Source of the DNA: Octopus sinensis
Taxonomy: Eukaryota
DNA: 64,000 nt
Direction of reading: 5' to 3'
Assembly (NCBI RefSeq): GCF_006345805.1
Contig: NC_043002.1
Coordinates: forward strand, 15,314,001 to 15,378,000
This document shows, piece by piece, positions 38,251 through 52,756 of this stretch. Under the pieces are notes generated by a model. That model made no database searches. It was not told the origin of the DNA and saw nothing but the letters and a program-made list of their open reading frames with translations. Each line of letters opens with the position of its first letter. The first letter of the stretch is position 1. The translations under genes and the position numbers were made by a program.

Positions 38251-39052
38251 ATGCGAAAGCGGATTTCTGTGTGTCAATGTGCCAAAGTGTGACACATTCT
38301 CTCGCCATTCAATCACACTTCTACTATTTCTTAAGTTAGAGTGAGAGTAATAGTGAGCATAGAGATGGTTGGGGCAGTAGCTGACTGACGGTTGGGATAT
38401 TAATGGGGTTATGGTAATAGCTTGGGCTGTAGTTACGATAGAATCGGAGGCAGCAGAGATGATGGTAGTGTTGGTGGTATCGAAGGCGATCAGGGATAAC
38501 GGTGACAGTAAGCGATGTGAAAGATTGTGGTAATGGTGGTGATGGGGATGGTGATGTAGTCAAATGTATTGCTGGTGGTGGTGTCAATAGTCTGAATGGT
38601 CTGTGTATGGCAGTTGCGGTGGGGATGGTGGTGGTACTGGTGATGGTAATGGCTGAAATCAATCAACAGAAAGAGAATGAGAGATAGAAAGCCATTAGAC
38701 AGAAAAAATGTACATAGCCCCGAATGGGAAGGCAAAAGATTTTGTTTATCACGCAGCTTTGCAATAGGTTCCAAGACGACAACTTATGTCATCGTTTGTT
38801 TTGATGAAATTGTTCATTCCTTATAAAATCTCGGTTAAGTTTAATAGAATTTTATGTGTATTCAATGTATGCAGTGTTATTGTTGGACCCAAGGCCCAAT
38901 GTAGAGCTCTCCACAGGAGCTAGCTTAAAATCCGCGCAATGGAGTGGTTTCGACGCCAGTAACAGTTACATAGAATACCAAGTATATTACCAAATTATAT
39001 ATATATAGTTGAAATCTACAGTAAAACAAAAAAAAAAAAAAACAGGAGTAAA

Positions 39053-39160
39053 AACAATAAACAGGTGTATTATTTTAACGTCGGGAAGGTGAGAAATTGC
39101 TTTACGCTACGCTTCGAGCCTATGTTCTTCAACAGAAAGGGACACTAGGAAATAAACACA
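39053..39160 (-). mobile_element. Second, more decayed copy of the 12.9-kb PLE-like repeat
   Basis: Shares aaacaggtgtatta...tttacg...ttcgagccta..tcttc.acagaaagggaca with 12845-12945. Confidence 0.6.
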
Positions 39161-39224
39161 AAGAGAACATATATACATACACACACACATGCATACATAC
39201 ACACATGCATACATACATACACAC

Positions 39225-39307
<83 letters not shown>

Positions 39308-39355
39308 TGTAAAGAACATGTTATTGGGTGGAAGCTTAAAACTGTGTAGGTAAAA

Positions 39356-39402
<47 letters not shown>

Positions 39403-39621
39403 GAATGCAGTCGAACGACGATTTAGCAAAATTCCTTTTGTTAAATCGTCGTTCGACTCCATTCTTTCATTATTTATAGTAAAAAAAAACACACAAATTT
39501 CCACACGAAAGCACGTAATCTCTGCCCTTGGCATGTAGCTTCAACCGTGTTTTCTGATGTGAATTTGCTACCCGGGTATCGGTTAACCGAATTATCCATA
39601 CTAGGATAATTCATTCAACTA

Positions 39622-39677
<56 letters not shown>

Positions 39678-40454
39678 AATGCATACATATAGAACAATAG
39701 ACAAATTCTTTACAAGAAGAGCGTTATGGTGCACCAGATTTGCTACAAATAGGAGTCAAAGATACTCCAAAGCCTCAAATATTAACACTAGATTTTCACA
39801 GGATATCACTGGAATGAAACTAAGTCAATAGGGATTGCGTCTTACTTCTGCAAAATTGCAAATAACTGTGATATATCGGTTTCTTTTGGGAAGACTTGGC
39901 TCAAAAGAATCAAGTGCGCTTGTCGCTAAATTCGAAATCATGATACTAGTTTCAGTGGCATTTCTTCTTGCAATTTCGCAGCGGTAACACACAATTCTTA
40001 TTCACTTAGTTTTTCTTTTTTTTTTACCAACTATGTGTGTGAAAATCTCGTGTTAATTTTTGCGACTTAGGAGTATCTTTGACTCCCATTTTGAGGAAAG
40101 CAGACGCTTCATATATATATATATTCATATATATATATTTTCTGTTGCATCTGTGAAGAATCATTTTCTTTTTGTGTCTTATAATTTACGACATTCACCG
40201 ATAAAATTTCCACTTATTTCATATTTGTATTTTCCTATAATTTTCGTTTCTTCTTGCAAAATTTTCAATAGTCTGGACTTTCAAGGATGAAACTTTTAGG
40301 AAATCAAAATTAAGAAATAGGTGGAAATTTTACCGGTGAGTGTGTTAAATTATGAGGCACAAAAAGAAAATGACTCTTCCCAGACACAACAGAATATTCT
40401 TCAACACACGGTCTCATATAAACAACCTTGCAAACCAAATCTGAAAACGAAATA

Positions 40455-40597
40455 TATATATGTTCATATGTATATACATATATTCATACATACATACATA
40501 CATAAATAAATACATACATACATAAATACATACATACATATATTCTTACATACATACATACATAAATACATACATACATACATACATATATATATTC

Positions 40598-40628
<31 letters not shown>

Positions 40629-40632
40629 CATA
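40455..40632. repeat. (CATA)n microsatellite
   Basis: Direct reading. Confidence 0.93.
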
Positions 40633-40635
40633 AAT

Positions 40636-41013
40636 GGATGGGAAGCACTCCGTCGGTTACGACGACGAGGGTTCCGGTTGATCCGAATCAACGGAACAGC
40701 CTGCTCGTGAAATTAACGTGTAAGTGGCTGAGCACTCCACAGACACGTGTACCCTTAACGTAGTTCTCGGGGATATTCAGCGTGACACAGAGAGTGACAA
40801 GGCCGGCCCTTTGAAATACAGGTACAACAGAAACAGAAAGTAAGAGTGAGAGAAAGTTGTGGGGAAAGAGTACAGTAGGGATCATCACCATCCCCTGCCG
40901 GAGCCTCGTGGAGCTTTAGGTGTTTTCGCTCAATAAACACTCACAACGCCCGGTCTGAGAATTGAAACCGCAATCCTATGACCGCGAGTCCGCTGCCCTA
41001 ACCACTGGGCCAT
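40636..41013 (-). mobile_element. SINE family C, tail type 2
   Basis: Same head and body as 6536 but a different 3' half ending ...GAACCCTCGTCGTCGTAACCGACGGAGTGCTTCCCATCC. Confidence 0.9.
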
Positions 41014-41047
41014 TATACATACATACATACATACATACATACATACA

Positions 41048-41079
<32 letters not shown>

Positions 41080-41840
41080 CGAGTATGTGTTTTAAACAGT
41101 GAGAAAGCTCTCAATGCCTCTGTAGACTATTGTCTTTATTTTATTTGCCCGATTACTGTATATAAATTTCTTATTCTTAGACCAATCTATTGTTACGCTC
41201 TATACTGAAAAACTAGTTTTCTTACATTTTTCACTGTAAAAGGTTATCTGTCTTGCTAAGCTACTTTATTAAATGTTGCTACACGAACATTGAATGAATA
41301 TTATTTCATATGAAATATTCAGGTTTTACTAAAACTTTTAATATTTTATTACTATTTTGAATGGCTCCACAACATAATAATGTTTTCTTGTGTTCAGTTT
41401 TGAATCTATAAAATAAAATCACTGAAGACATATAGCGTTAGTAAATTGTTTAAAAGTAATGGACTAAATATTACACGAGATGGATCGACGATCTTTCTTC
41501 TGGAAAAAGAAATTTATGAATTTGTGATGAAGGCTATAAACGATTACGACTGCAGAAACATTGATATTACGTAATTCATCTGGTAAGAAGCATATGGAAT
41601 ATTAAGAAATCTACAGTGAGGTTTTAAAATAGAACGACAAAACGTAAGCAAATTACATAAGCCGTTTACTTTGTATGTGAATCTTTAGAGACGAAAACTC
41701 TGAATCTTTTTACAATCCAACGTCTAGAATATAAATCAATATCCATAAATATTATATTGATTCGGCTCAAATTAATTGCCAATTGATTTCCGAAATTCGG
41801 GTCGTATGAGCAAACGCGAATAAAAGTTGGTGGAATCCGA

Positions 41841-41947
<107 letters not shown>

Positions 41948-42183
41948 GTCTCTCTCTCTCTCTATATATATACATATATATCTATTTGAATGCCTGTCTG
42001 CCTGTCTCGTCTGCCTGTCTGTCTCTCTATTAGTCTGTTTGAAAAGAAAACTTAGTGCGCTAGCACAACACAATTTAAGGTCAGTCTGTGCCAAACGGCG
42101 TCACTCTGCGCGCTTAAGCTTTGTTACTATGGCAACATTACGGATAGTTATTGATCTGATTCCGTATATATATATACACACAC

Positions 42184-42215
<32 letters not shown>

Positions 42216-42250
42216 CATATATATATATGTATATATATATAATATATATA

Positions 42251-42317
<67 letters not shown>

Positions 42318-43205
42318 GTGTATGTATGTATGTATGTATGTATACGCACATCGACACAGTTTTGTGATTTCATCTCTCTTTTCGAATGTATGTGTGCTTC
42401 CCTGTTTTATCGAACCTCATGACTCGTCGATGGGTTATCGAAAACGATTATAATGCCTGAAATATTTTCACTTGGTGACACGTTTAAAGGATTTTACATT
42501 TAATTACAGCAGGAGAAAATTTAAACACGGAAGAAATGGCGGTTAAAACGCTATTGTTCAAGGCTATGAAAAAAACTCTATTAGGTGTGGAAATAAAAAG
42601 AAAATATATTCAATATATAAAACATTATAAAAATACAATCATATACTCATAATAATTGAAGTCATCCCTCATGTATATAAACATACATACACATACTTAC
42701 ACGTACGCACATACAAGTGTATATATATATAATATATATATATACATTCATATATATACACATATATATAACCATTCACATACATACACACATACATACA
42801 CACATACACATATCAATGTGATCATACACGCATTATTATGCTCATATACACATCTCTCCACGCATACACATAAGCATATACATATACATGTATATGTATA
42901 TATATCTATGAAAATATAAAAATGCACACACATACATAAGTGTATATGTATATATAACTTCATCTTCACAGAAAAATTCCTAGACTTAGCTTAGAGCTTA
43001 CATAAATAAATATACTCATAGAAAAACGTAAACAATGTACATGTATGCACATTCGTAGAAGGCATATATACACACACGCCGTATGTATGTATATACATAC
43101 CTGTACATACATATATACACACACATGGATATACATACCCACGCATATGCATAACGATGTACAAATATACACACATACGTATATATGCATAGTCAACATC
43201 CTCCT

Positions 43206-43257
<52 letters not shown>

Positions 43258-43298
43258 TTGAGACATTTATACAAACACAAGCATAAAACATATACATA

Positions 43299-43694
43299 TA
43301 GGAGTGGCTGTGTGGTAAGTAGCTTGCTTACAAACCACATGGTTCCGGGTTCAGTCCCACGGCGAGGCACCTTGGCCAGGTGTTTTTTACTATAGCCTCG
43401 AGCTGACCAACGCCTTGTGAGTGAACTTGGTACACGGAAACTGAAAGAAGCCCGTCGTATATATATGTATATGCATATATATATGTTTGTGTGTTTGTGT
43501 TTGTCCACCCAACATCGCTTAACAACCGATGCTGGTGTGTTTACATCCCCGTAACTTAGCGGTTCGGCAAAAGACACAGATAGAATAAGTTCAAGCTTAC
43601 AAAGAATAAGTGCTGGGGTCGATTTGGTCGACTAAAAAGTGGTGCTCCAGCATGGCCGCAATGAAATGATGAAACACGTAAAAGAGTAAAGAGT
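43299..43694 (+). mobile_element. SINE family B copy
   Basis: Colinear. Confidence 0.92.
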
Positions 43695-45179
43695 ATACAT
43701 CCCCTCGTACAGGTATATATTCACATTTGCCGCAAACATCAATAAACATATATATACATATGTGCAGAGATGCATATATATATATATACATATACACACT
43801 CATATCTATCAACACACCAACAACTGCAAATATACAAGTGTATATACATATATGTATAAAGGAAGTTGACGTGTGTACGGCAGTCACTCTTTTGCAACGG
43901 ATACAGTCTTACACTCGTATATACATACATAGCTTCGTAGATATATATACACGTGCACACATATTTATACATACAAATAATACACTTCCTTTATACACGT
44001 AGGTTTCAGTTGCACAAGGTCTCGTTAATTCTGTACGAAACGATGAAAACGATTTGAAAACAATGCGTTGGCCTCTGAGCAAGCATCGCCAAGCTTTTGG
44101 CAAAAATTGACGCAGTTTCTCTGCTCAACTTTCTGTCATGGTCAATGCAAAAATCTCACGCTACACACCTTCCTTGCAAATGTAGCTGTAAACAGTGGAA
44201 GTGAACTAGTGCACATGCACAGCAGAGTTTAAAGTCAATTGGTGCGAAGCAGTTTTACTCTACGCGTTTCAGGTTCGTTACTATGCCTACATTCCTGATA
44301 CTTTTGATCAGAACACGTACGTATAAATACACCACATCCACACATACAGTTTCAAATACACACACAAATACACACACACACATACACTCAGAGACTCACG
44401 CACACATATATTAGTGTGTGAATGTGTATGCACATTATGGAAATGTAGACACTTCTAGATTCAAGATGAGAATTAAATTATTTTAAATTTTGACATAGAA
44501 TTATAAATGTTGGCTTGAAATATATTGGATTACCAATGCCTTGGTTTGTGTACATAACTAATCATTTAAAAAACTAGGTTTGATTCAAAGCATCATGTCT
44601 TAGTAAAGACATATTATTATCAATATTATTTGAAAAACGCTTTTACGATGTATGTATCTCATATTCCCCAACACACAATCACTCACAAGCACACACGCAC
44701 AAACACACAAACACACACATATTATTTATGTATATATACGATTTAGTTAAGTACACATCTAAGACATTATTATCCCACGCCACTTCTTGACAAATGGTGT
44801 TTTTTGTACTGTAAGTAAAATGCTTCTATTTATTTATCATTGTTTTCCGTACTTTCTCCTTCACTATATGTGTCGGGAACCTTGTTCATCGTTATTTTCT
44901 CTTGTTTTTTGAAGGAGAAAGTTAGGAGCCAGAGTAAATTGTTCCTGTAAAAGTTATAGATTAATTGCAAATTGCTATTTCTACTGAAACGTAAACTAAA
45001 ATAATTTACAATATTGATAACAATAACAACTACTACGTATCGAGAAATGGAAAAAAAAACAACAGAAAATACAACAGACGGTAAAAAATTATTGTAAACA
45101 TCTATTGAGAACACTAACAAGAATAAGTAAAAAGATAAAGGATAAGAAGTGAAGAAGGAGAAGTAGAAGAAGAAGAATT

Positions 45180-45295
45180 TAGTAATAGTAGTAGTAGTAG
45201 TAGTGGTGGTGGTGGTGGTGATGGTAGTAGTAGTAGTAGTAATAGTAGTAGTAGTAGTAGTAGTAGTAGTGGCAGTGTTGGCGGTGGTAGCGGTG
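45180..45295. repeat. (GTA)n/(GTG)n trinucleotide repeat
   Basis: Direct reading. Confidence 0.93.
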
Positions 45296-45689
45296 AAAAA
45301 TACAATGCGCAAAACAAAATAGAATGAATAAAATATTTAGACAAAAAGGGAAATTATCGTAAAACGAAAGTGAATATAAGAACGCCAAGAAATCTATCAT
45401 TGATATCTTAAGTCATAAATGCTAAATTCCTTTCCTGAAATAAATAGCGAAAACAATTTGTTTGAAAGGCTTGTCCAAACAACAATATAATAGAATAGGC
45501 TACAAAGAATAACATATATGATCAATGCATATATAATGCTATAGATAAATAAATAATCATAATAAAATGATAATGCGTAAGCTGCAACGCACGCGTAAAT
45601 ACACCATACAGTCACTGAAATTCGGAAGGGAATTTGAGACGCTTTAAGTAGTTTTTTTTATATGTACGTGTGTGTAAATGTGTTTATGT

Positions 45690-45825
<136 letters not shown>

Positions 45826-45834
45826 ACAATTATA

Positions 45835-46075
45835 TGAGGGAATATTATTCCTAACTTACAGGGAAAAATTCAATTTAGAAATACAATATCAAATTTCACA
45901 AATATATATATATATATAAATTAGAAAAAAAAACACCTTTTATCAATTGAATATGAACAATTAAATTACACCATCTACAAAATTACATTTAATAGAAATA
46001 TTAGAAATAAAATATCAATTATATACTGATGATTAAGTAAATTGCAAATTAATAATAATAAAAACGTGCAATGTC
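45835..46075 (-). mobile_element. Diverged relative of the PLE terminus at 15.3 and 5.9 kb
   Basis: gagggaatattattcctaacttacagggaaaaattcaatttag resembles tagggaataaatccaatttacagggaaaaaatcagatttag; between (TA)n tracts. Confidence 0.45.
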
Positions 46076-46102
46076 TCTATTCCCCTCTCTATCTTTATAT
46101 AT

Positions 46103-46169
<67 letters not shown>

Positions 46170-46566
46170 ATGCATGTATATATAAAGATAGAGAGGGGAA
46201 CAGAGATATAGCAAATGACTACATAGGAACTTATAAGAGACAAATCATACAATGAAGAACTGAAAGATAATAATTCAGGAGAATCCACTTTTAGCTGGAA
46301 AATTAAAGATAAACATATACTACAACATAAATATATGTCAGTTTCTCTCTGTCACTCACATAAGCTTTCCCTATCTGCGTCGTTGTGTGTTTATACACCT
46401 ATGTGTCTTATTAATACTTTACGCCAGCCTCACACCCCGCACACATAGCTATATAACAAGAGCACTAAGAGGCAACAATGTTAGTAGCCGCAAGCTTAAA
46501 ACTATATTGGCCAAATTAATATATATATATATATATATATACATATATATACGCATACATATATAT

Positions 46567-46955
46567 GCTGTGTGGTAAGTAGCTTGCTTACTAACCACAT
46601 GGTTCCGTGTTCAGTCCCACTGCGTGGCACCCTGGGCAAGTGTCTACTACTATAGCCTCGGGCCGACTAAAGCCTTGTGAGTGGATTTGGTAGACAGAAA
46701 CTGAAAGAAGCCTGTCGTATATATGTATGTATATGTATGTGTGTGTGTATATGTTGTGTTTCTGTGTTTTCCCCCCAATATCGCTTGACAACCGATGCTG
46801 GGGTGTTTGCGTCTCCATAACGTAGCGGTTCGTTAAAAGAAACGATAGAATAAGTAGAATAGGCGTAAAAAAATGAGTCCTGGGGGTCGATTTGCTCGTC
46901 TAAACGCGGTGCTCCTGCATGGCCACACTGAAATGACTGAAACAAGTGAAAGAGT
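46567..46955 (+). mobile_element. SINE family B copy
   Basis: Colinear, slightly 5' truncated. Confidence 0.9.
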
Positions 46956-47952
46956 ATATATATATATATATATATTTAGGAATTAATTATAAAAGAATAC
47001 TATTAAACGCCTGCTTTTCTAGAATTAGGAGCCAAAATACTACGAAGCCACAAGACTTTTTGCCACTAACATTGTTATATCTTAGGAGTAATAATGTTCT
47101 TTATATATTTATAGATTTATTCATTTTGCTCATTTCCTGAATGTGGCCTCGGCCTTGATACGAACACAGGCACTGGTTGAACTGAAAAATAGGCATTGTT
47201 ATATGTAGTCTCGGGTCAAGTGAATCAGGTGATTTTGGCGCTAAGTTCAAAATAATGATGCCAGGTTAACTCAAATTTCTTGCAATTTTATCAGAGGTAA
47301 GACACAATCCTTATGCTCTTGTTAATTCTTGTGGCTTCAGAGAATTTTGACTCCTATTTCTAACAAAAATGGCGATTCTTAGTTCTCTTCTTATATATAA
47401 TTCTTATATATATCTATTAAGTTTGCCTATACGCTTTTAAGCTAGCGTCTACAAACATTATCTCTCACAAGTAACAATATTCTATATATTTATATATATA
47501 AATATATACATATGTATGCGTATGTATGTATGTATGTATGTGTGTGTGTGTGTGTAGATGTGTGTGCAAGTATGTTTGCGTGTACGTATATACATATACC
47601 TATAAAGATGTATGAATATATGCATAAATTTCGCTGTGGATCTCCATCCTTCTATTACGAGTATTAAGATCTTTCACAAACTGGATTATTTCACTTTAAT
47701 TCAATTTTAATTTGCGTGGCATATTGCTCTAAACTTAATTCTCATGTACAATTAGCGTGATTGATGTACTGATAAAATATGCCCGACAGTCTTCCATGTA
47801 ATTTCCTTTTTTCACAATTTCACTGAATATATATAGTTTGACCGGAGGCATAATTTATGCGTCTACTCTTAAAGTGATTTGTCATTTCAATTACATCCAG
47901 TATTAAATCTCGGAAATATATATTAACTTCGCTTGCTTTCTTCACTTTATAG

Positions 47953-48016
47953 ATACAATAACTGTTATTGCTATTGTCTCAATGCATTTTGTAATCACAC
48001 AGAATTTTCTCAACAG
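47953..48016 (+). CDS. Candidate exon (TITVIAIVSMHFVITQNFLN)
   Basis: cttgctttcttcactttatag acceptor, CAG|gtaact donor; two frames are open. Confidence 0.4.
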
Positions 48017-50337
48017 GTAACTTTCTCCAGAAAGTTTGTTGATAGATTTATGGTTAAATATGATCACATACACATATTAATGTTCTTTCATAATGTAAAA
48101 GAACATAAAATAAAAATAATATGGCCAATGTATTAACTATTAAGTTCAGATAAATGTTATCAAATAACAATGAGGTGTCTTTTATTCCTAGTAGCATACT
48201 GTAGAATATTTCTTTTTACTCTTTAATATTTCAGAATTTAAATTAATCATCACTTAAATATATCGCTACTATTATCTTTCACTAATCCTTGTTACCATTT
48301 TCGTACTAACAACGTGTCACTCCCTAATCTTTGAGACGATCTTCTTTGACATTCTATTCAATAGCTATCATACATTGTGTATAAGGATTTGTGATTTAAA
48401 TTCCATTAGTATCTGACAATGTGTCTTTTTCTTTTTTGTAAGACATATAATTGAATCTTATTGATTTATTTTAATCTCAAATGTAGACAATGGATTTTCA
48501 CTGCTATTTATAATTGCAAATCTTCTGCTGACAAAATTCAATATGGTTCCCAGAAGTGTGTCCAAATATATCGAAAAATATATTTGTATGAATTCGTTTT
48601 ACAGTCATATTTATTTATATAACAATAAGTTGAAAATTATGGCAAGATCAAATTCAAAATGTATTATTGTTTTGACGTCTTTACGCATATTTCTATATAC
48701 CTATATTTTTATATTTGAATTTTTATAATTTTCATTGTTGGTATATATTTGTATCGCCTTCATGATAGATTCATATCTAGTTTTAAAAAGATAATATATA
48801 GTACATTGTAGCAACCAAATATTTCAGAATGAAGATTTGCTTTCCTCAATTTGGGAGTAAAGAGCAGCCTTCTCTATTGAGCCATTCCTTGATCTATGAA
48901 GAAGGAACTTATGCTCCCATTAATGCACCATAAATCAGGCTTCCCATGAGAGCTTACAAATATCTGATGATAGGAGCACAGCACTGAAGAGAGTGATTTA
49001 TGGGAAAATTACACCCATCTCTACTCTCCTATTATTGTTCAATGCAATTTAGGCTTTGTTTGCCAATGCTGCGATTATAATTACTTTCAATAAATAGAGC
49101 TGAACAAAAGGCCATACTTGAGGTCATGTTCTGGAAACATCATCACTCAAATTGCTGACAAATGTCACATAATTAAAATGAAGATATTTGCAGAGAAGTA
49201 CAATATGATGTTGAGGATTTCCCAGAGCTAAAGAGGTCAGAGAATGTTGGCGCTGTATTGTCAGATACATTTTAATTACTGTATTTGAAGAAGAAGAGAA
49301 ATTTTTGTATTCACGTTTCATAGAGGATGTCTATTTTCCTTTACGAGTTTCACGCGTGACATATTTTTAAATGGACGAACACATTTCCCTCTAAAGTTGG
49401 CTTTGCAAAAGCATAGATGTTAACTGTTGCTTATAATTTCTGTCATCCAGTGTCACTAGCATTACCGATGAAATTTTAACCCTTAACAGCAAACTTTTCC
49501 TGTGCGTGTTTTCTCTATATATAGTAGAACGCAATAACGTTGTTCAGTTATGTTTTCTCAAATGAACCATATTAATATAGCGTGAAATGTTTAGTCACTG
49601 CGACTTTGAGTATGGTGTTTACAGCTCACATGAATAATTTATATCTACTGCCATTATTCAACATGACTGCATGTTGTTGAATGCTGGAGTGGTTTCAAAA
49701 ACGAGTAAAAACTAAAAAGCTCCATCAGAAAATCTCAGTTAATGGTTTGAATTTTCCATGATGCAAATGGATAAAATTATTGTACTCGATCTCGTCCGTC
49801 ATAAAAGATGTTGCATCCATAATTCCTTGATGACATGTTTATAGTTCTACTTGGTAAACTCATTTTTACTTCCAGACAAAAGAGAGAATCGAGTATTGAC
49901 TTCTACTTCAATATCCATATGCTATCAATTTCATAGTCGACCAATTTTGGAAGATTTCATCTGCAGTTTGTCTTTTCCTGTAAAAAGTAAAACAGACAAA
50001 CTTTCACTTGCTTTAACAGATTGCCTAGAAACCTTTTTTGTTTTGTCTTGGTGTTCAAATGAATTCATCGATCGAGACCTATACAGATTTTTATGCTACA
50101 AACATATTATTCACACTTCTGCTTCCTGGAAAACTTGCATATATACGAGCGAACAAGATTGCTTACCTGATCGAGCGCTATTTTGTCTATAAAATTAGTG
50201 AAATCATTCCTTGAAACACAGTGAACCATAAAAAATGGTCCTGAGCCTAATGTAACGTCTTTAGAAGTCCAAATCTAAATGAAGTAAAACCAAAATATGT
50301 AAATTTCAGTAGCATAAGATTAATAAATTGGTCAAGT

Positions 50338-50339
<2 letters not shown>

Positions 50340-50399
<60 letters not shown>

Positions 50400-50420
50400 A
50401 GACAGACAGACAGACAGAGA
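50340..50420. repeat. (GA)n microsatellite
   Basis: Direct reading. Confidence 0.95.
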
Positions 50421-50697
50421 GACTGGTGCGAAATGTAATGAATCTATGATACGGAAAGCTCCATATGGAAGGTAAAGACTTATCGAGATGCCAAACACAG
50501 AGGTTACGTATTGTAGTAGCGAGGACATGTGACAAATGCAAATCGAGAGATGTGGACCGAGATTGACATCTACAATTACACTCCCTCATATACATACATA
50601 TATACATGCATTTACGAATACACCCGCACACAGAAACAAACGATACATGATATATATGAATGTTTATACATCCATATATACATGCATATCATATATA

Positions 50698-50730
<33 letters not shown>

Positions 50731-51034
50731 GATAGATAGATAGATATATATATATAAGACTATGAGGGGATTTTCACTGATGATTTGAACCAATAGGTAC
50801 GCTGCGTAATTGCTATAATTGGTCACACCTTATGTTTCAAGCTCATAGCTGAGACTAGAGTTGGGGATCTGTAGAAGGCTTCCATGTACATGTCATTAAG
50901 CGGTATTTTGCCTGTGTTGTATGTCTTTGTACGACAGTTGTTGCTCTGACAGATGTTGTTATATTCCGAAGTCGTTGATAGGATGTTTTTCTTTGCCACT
51001 GTTCGAACCCCAATCGTCAAGTATTATTATGTAC

Positions 51035-51264
51035 TTCTTTACTACCTACAAGGTGTTAAACACTGAGGCGACAAACAAGGACAGACAAACGGATTAAGTC
51101 GATTACATCGACCCCAGGGCGTAACTGGTACTTAATGTACCGACCCCGAAAGGATGAAAGGCAAAGTCGACCTCGGCGGAATTTGAGCTCAGAACGTAAC
51201 GGCAGGCGAAATACGTCTACGCATTTTGCCCGGAGTGCTAACGTTTCTGCCAGCTCGCCGCCTT
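51035..51264 (-). mobile_element. SINE family A copy
   Basis: Full length, colinear. Confidence 0.92.
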
Positions 51265-51269
51265 ATTCA

Positions 51270-52178
51270 TCAAATATTATTATATTCAAAAGTCTGGACC
51301 GTGATAACGTTCACTCTCAATCATAGTATAATTAGTATATCAGAACAGACGACTAATCAACATTGTCCACTCGTACTCTGCGTACTGTCTTTACTTTTAG
51401 TGTCTAGTTTATTCCATTCGTTACGTGGGAGTGTTGTACCATTATTACTAATTCTCTACAATATCTCTCCTTTTAAGTTTTCTTAGCAGGAGTCATATTA
51501 TTTAGCAATACTTTAGTTTATTAACCCCACCTCACTTTTTCAGAATTTTTCTTCGAACAATTTAATATTTCTTTCTCTTGGCATCTATTTTCGGGAACTC
51601 TTTATGTTTTCATTTCCTTTCACTTTGACGCTGGGTTCAATCACCTGCAGTGGCATTGTTAGTGTGAAAATATCTTATAACAATTCCATTGCTTCCTCCA
51701 AATTCTTTGGTTCGCATTCACTTGGTTCTTTTGCGTCTTATGCATCCATTGTCTACTTTCTACCCAGTACATCATTTTACCTATTTATTTGTTAATTTAT
51801 CCCTCTTCCCAGTCTTGCTTTCCATTCTTATATATCCTCATATACACCTTATCATCCACTTTAAAAAAATCTTGTTATATCTTACCTGGCACTTTTTATT
51901 TTCTTGCTAGGAAGTTATTTATCAAAAACTGCCATTACTTTCCTTGCAAACACCCGCTCCGCTGGTGAGATACATGCTGGTGTATACGGATTTGATGTCA
52001 CATGGTACACTCTTAAATATTGTAATAGCGCTATCATACTCGAACTTTCCTTATTTGCTTTTCTAGAAGATTTCTTTTGGAGGTATCAACAAAGCATTCT
52101 GCCTGTCCAGTAGCTATGTGATGGTATGGTGCCGTAGTTATATGTTCTACCGGGAACATTTTGCATTTAAAAAAAAAA
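51270..52178 (-). mobile_element. Ty3/Gypsy retrotransposon remnant: integrase C-terminus, PPT and start of 3' LTR
   Basis: VEHITTAPYHHIATGQAECFVDT, LQYLRVYHVTSNPYTPACISPAERVFARK, FKVDDKVYMRIYKNGKQDWEEG; PPT AAAAGGAGAGA (51464-51474) followed by TGTAG (51456-51460). Confidence 0.8.
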
Positions 52179-52362
52179 TTAACTAATCACAAATAATTGC
52201 GTTTCGTATTGTGTTGCTGAGATATTTTTTGTTTCAGTCCCTCAGCCACATTTAAACTTTCGACTGGGCTAACTATATTTCTATACAAAACAATTATGGG
52301 ATTATTCCATAAATAGAATAGTTCTATGCCAAATAAATTAAGTGAATGTTTTAATACATGTA

Positions 52363-52756
52363 CTAGAAGTATCGCCCGGCGTTGCTCGGGTTTGTAAGGG
52401 AAATAACTATATAAGCATTTTTAGAGATGTAAAGTATAATAGCCATCTCAATATGGCTAACCACAAAAGGGGGTGTTACTGTAGCTTTTTCCGTTCTGAG
52501 ATTTAATAATACATTTTTAGAGAGTTACTTCCCTTATATAATAGCAAAAAAATGCATTAAAAATGGGAAAAATGATGGTAATTTTTTTTTTAAATCGTAG
52601 ACTCATCGTAGATGCACGCTAATACCCAGAAGGGCTCCATATGAATCACGACTATAAGATACCCGCTTTTGGTTACACTGCACCGCAAAATGTGGGAGTA
52701 GTTAGGAATCTAAATCGTAGGAGACAGACACACAACTTCACTTTTATATATAAAGA
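52363..52756 (-). mobile_element. Complete non-autonomous Helitron (394 bp)
   Basis: Minus strand starts TCTTTATATATAAAAG and ends CCCGAGCAACGCCGGGC hairpin...CTAG, inserted between host A and T with no TSD. Confidence 0.9.

Noticed and set aside
38336-38662. T/P/H-rich 108-aa ORF
   Set aside because: Degenerate GGT/GAT trinucleotide low-complexity tract with no splice or domain support
42415-42460. Hammerhead-like CUCAUGA...GAAAACGAUUAUA
   Set aside because: Core mismatches and no consistent stems
44830-45400. Poly-T, poly-L and poly-Y ORFs
   Set aside because: Translations of the (GTA)n/(GTG)n repeat
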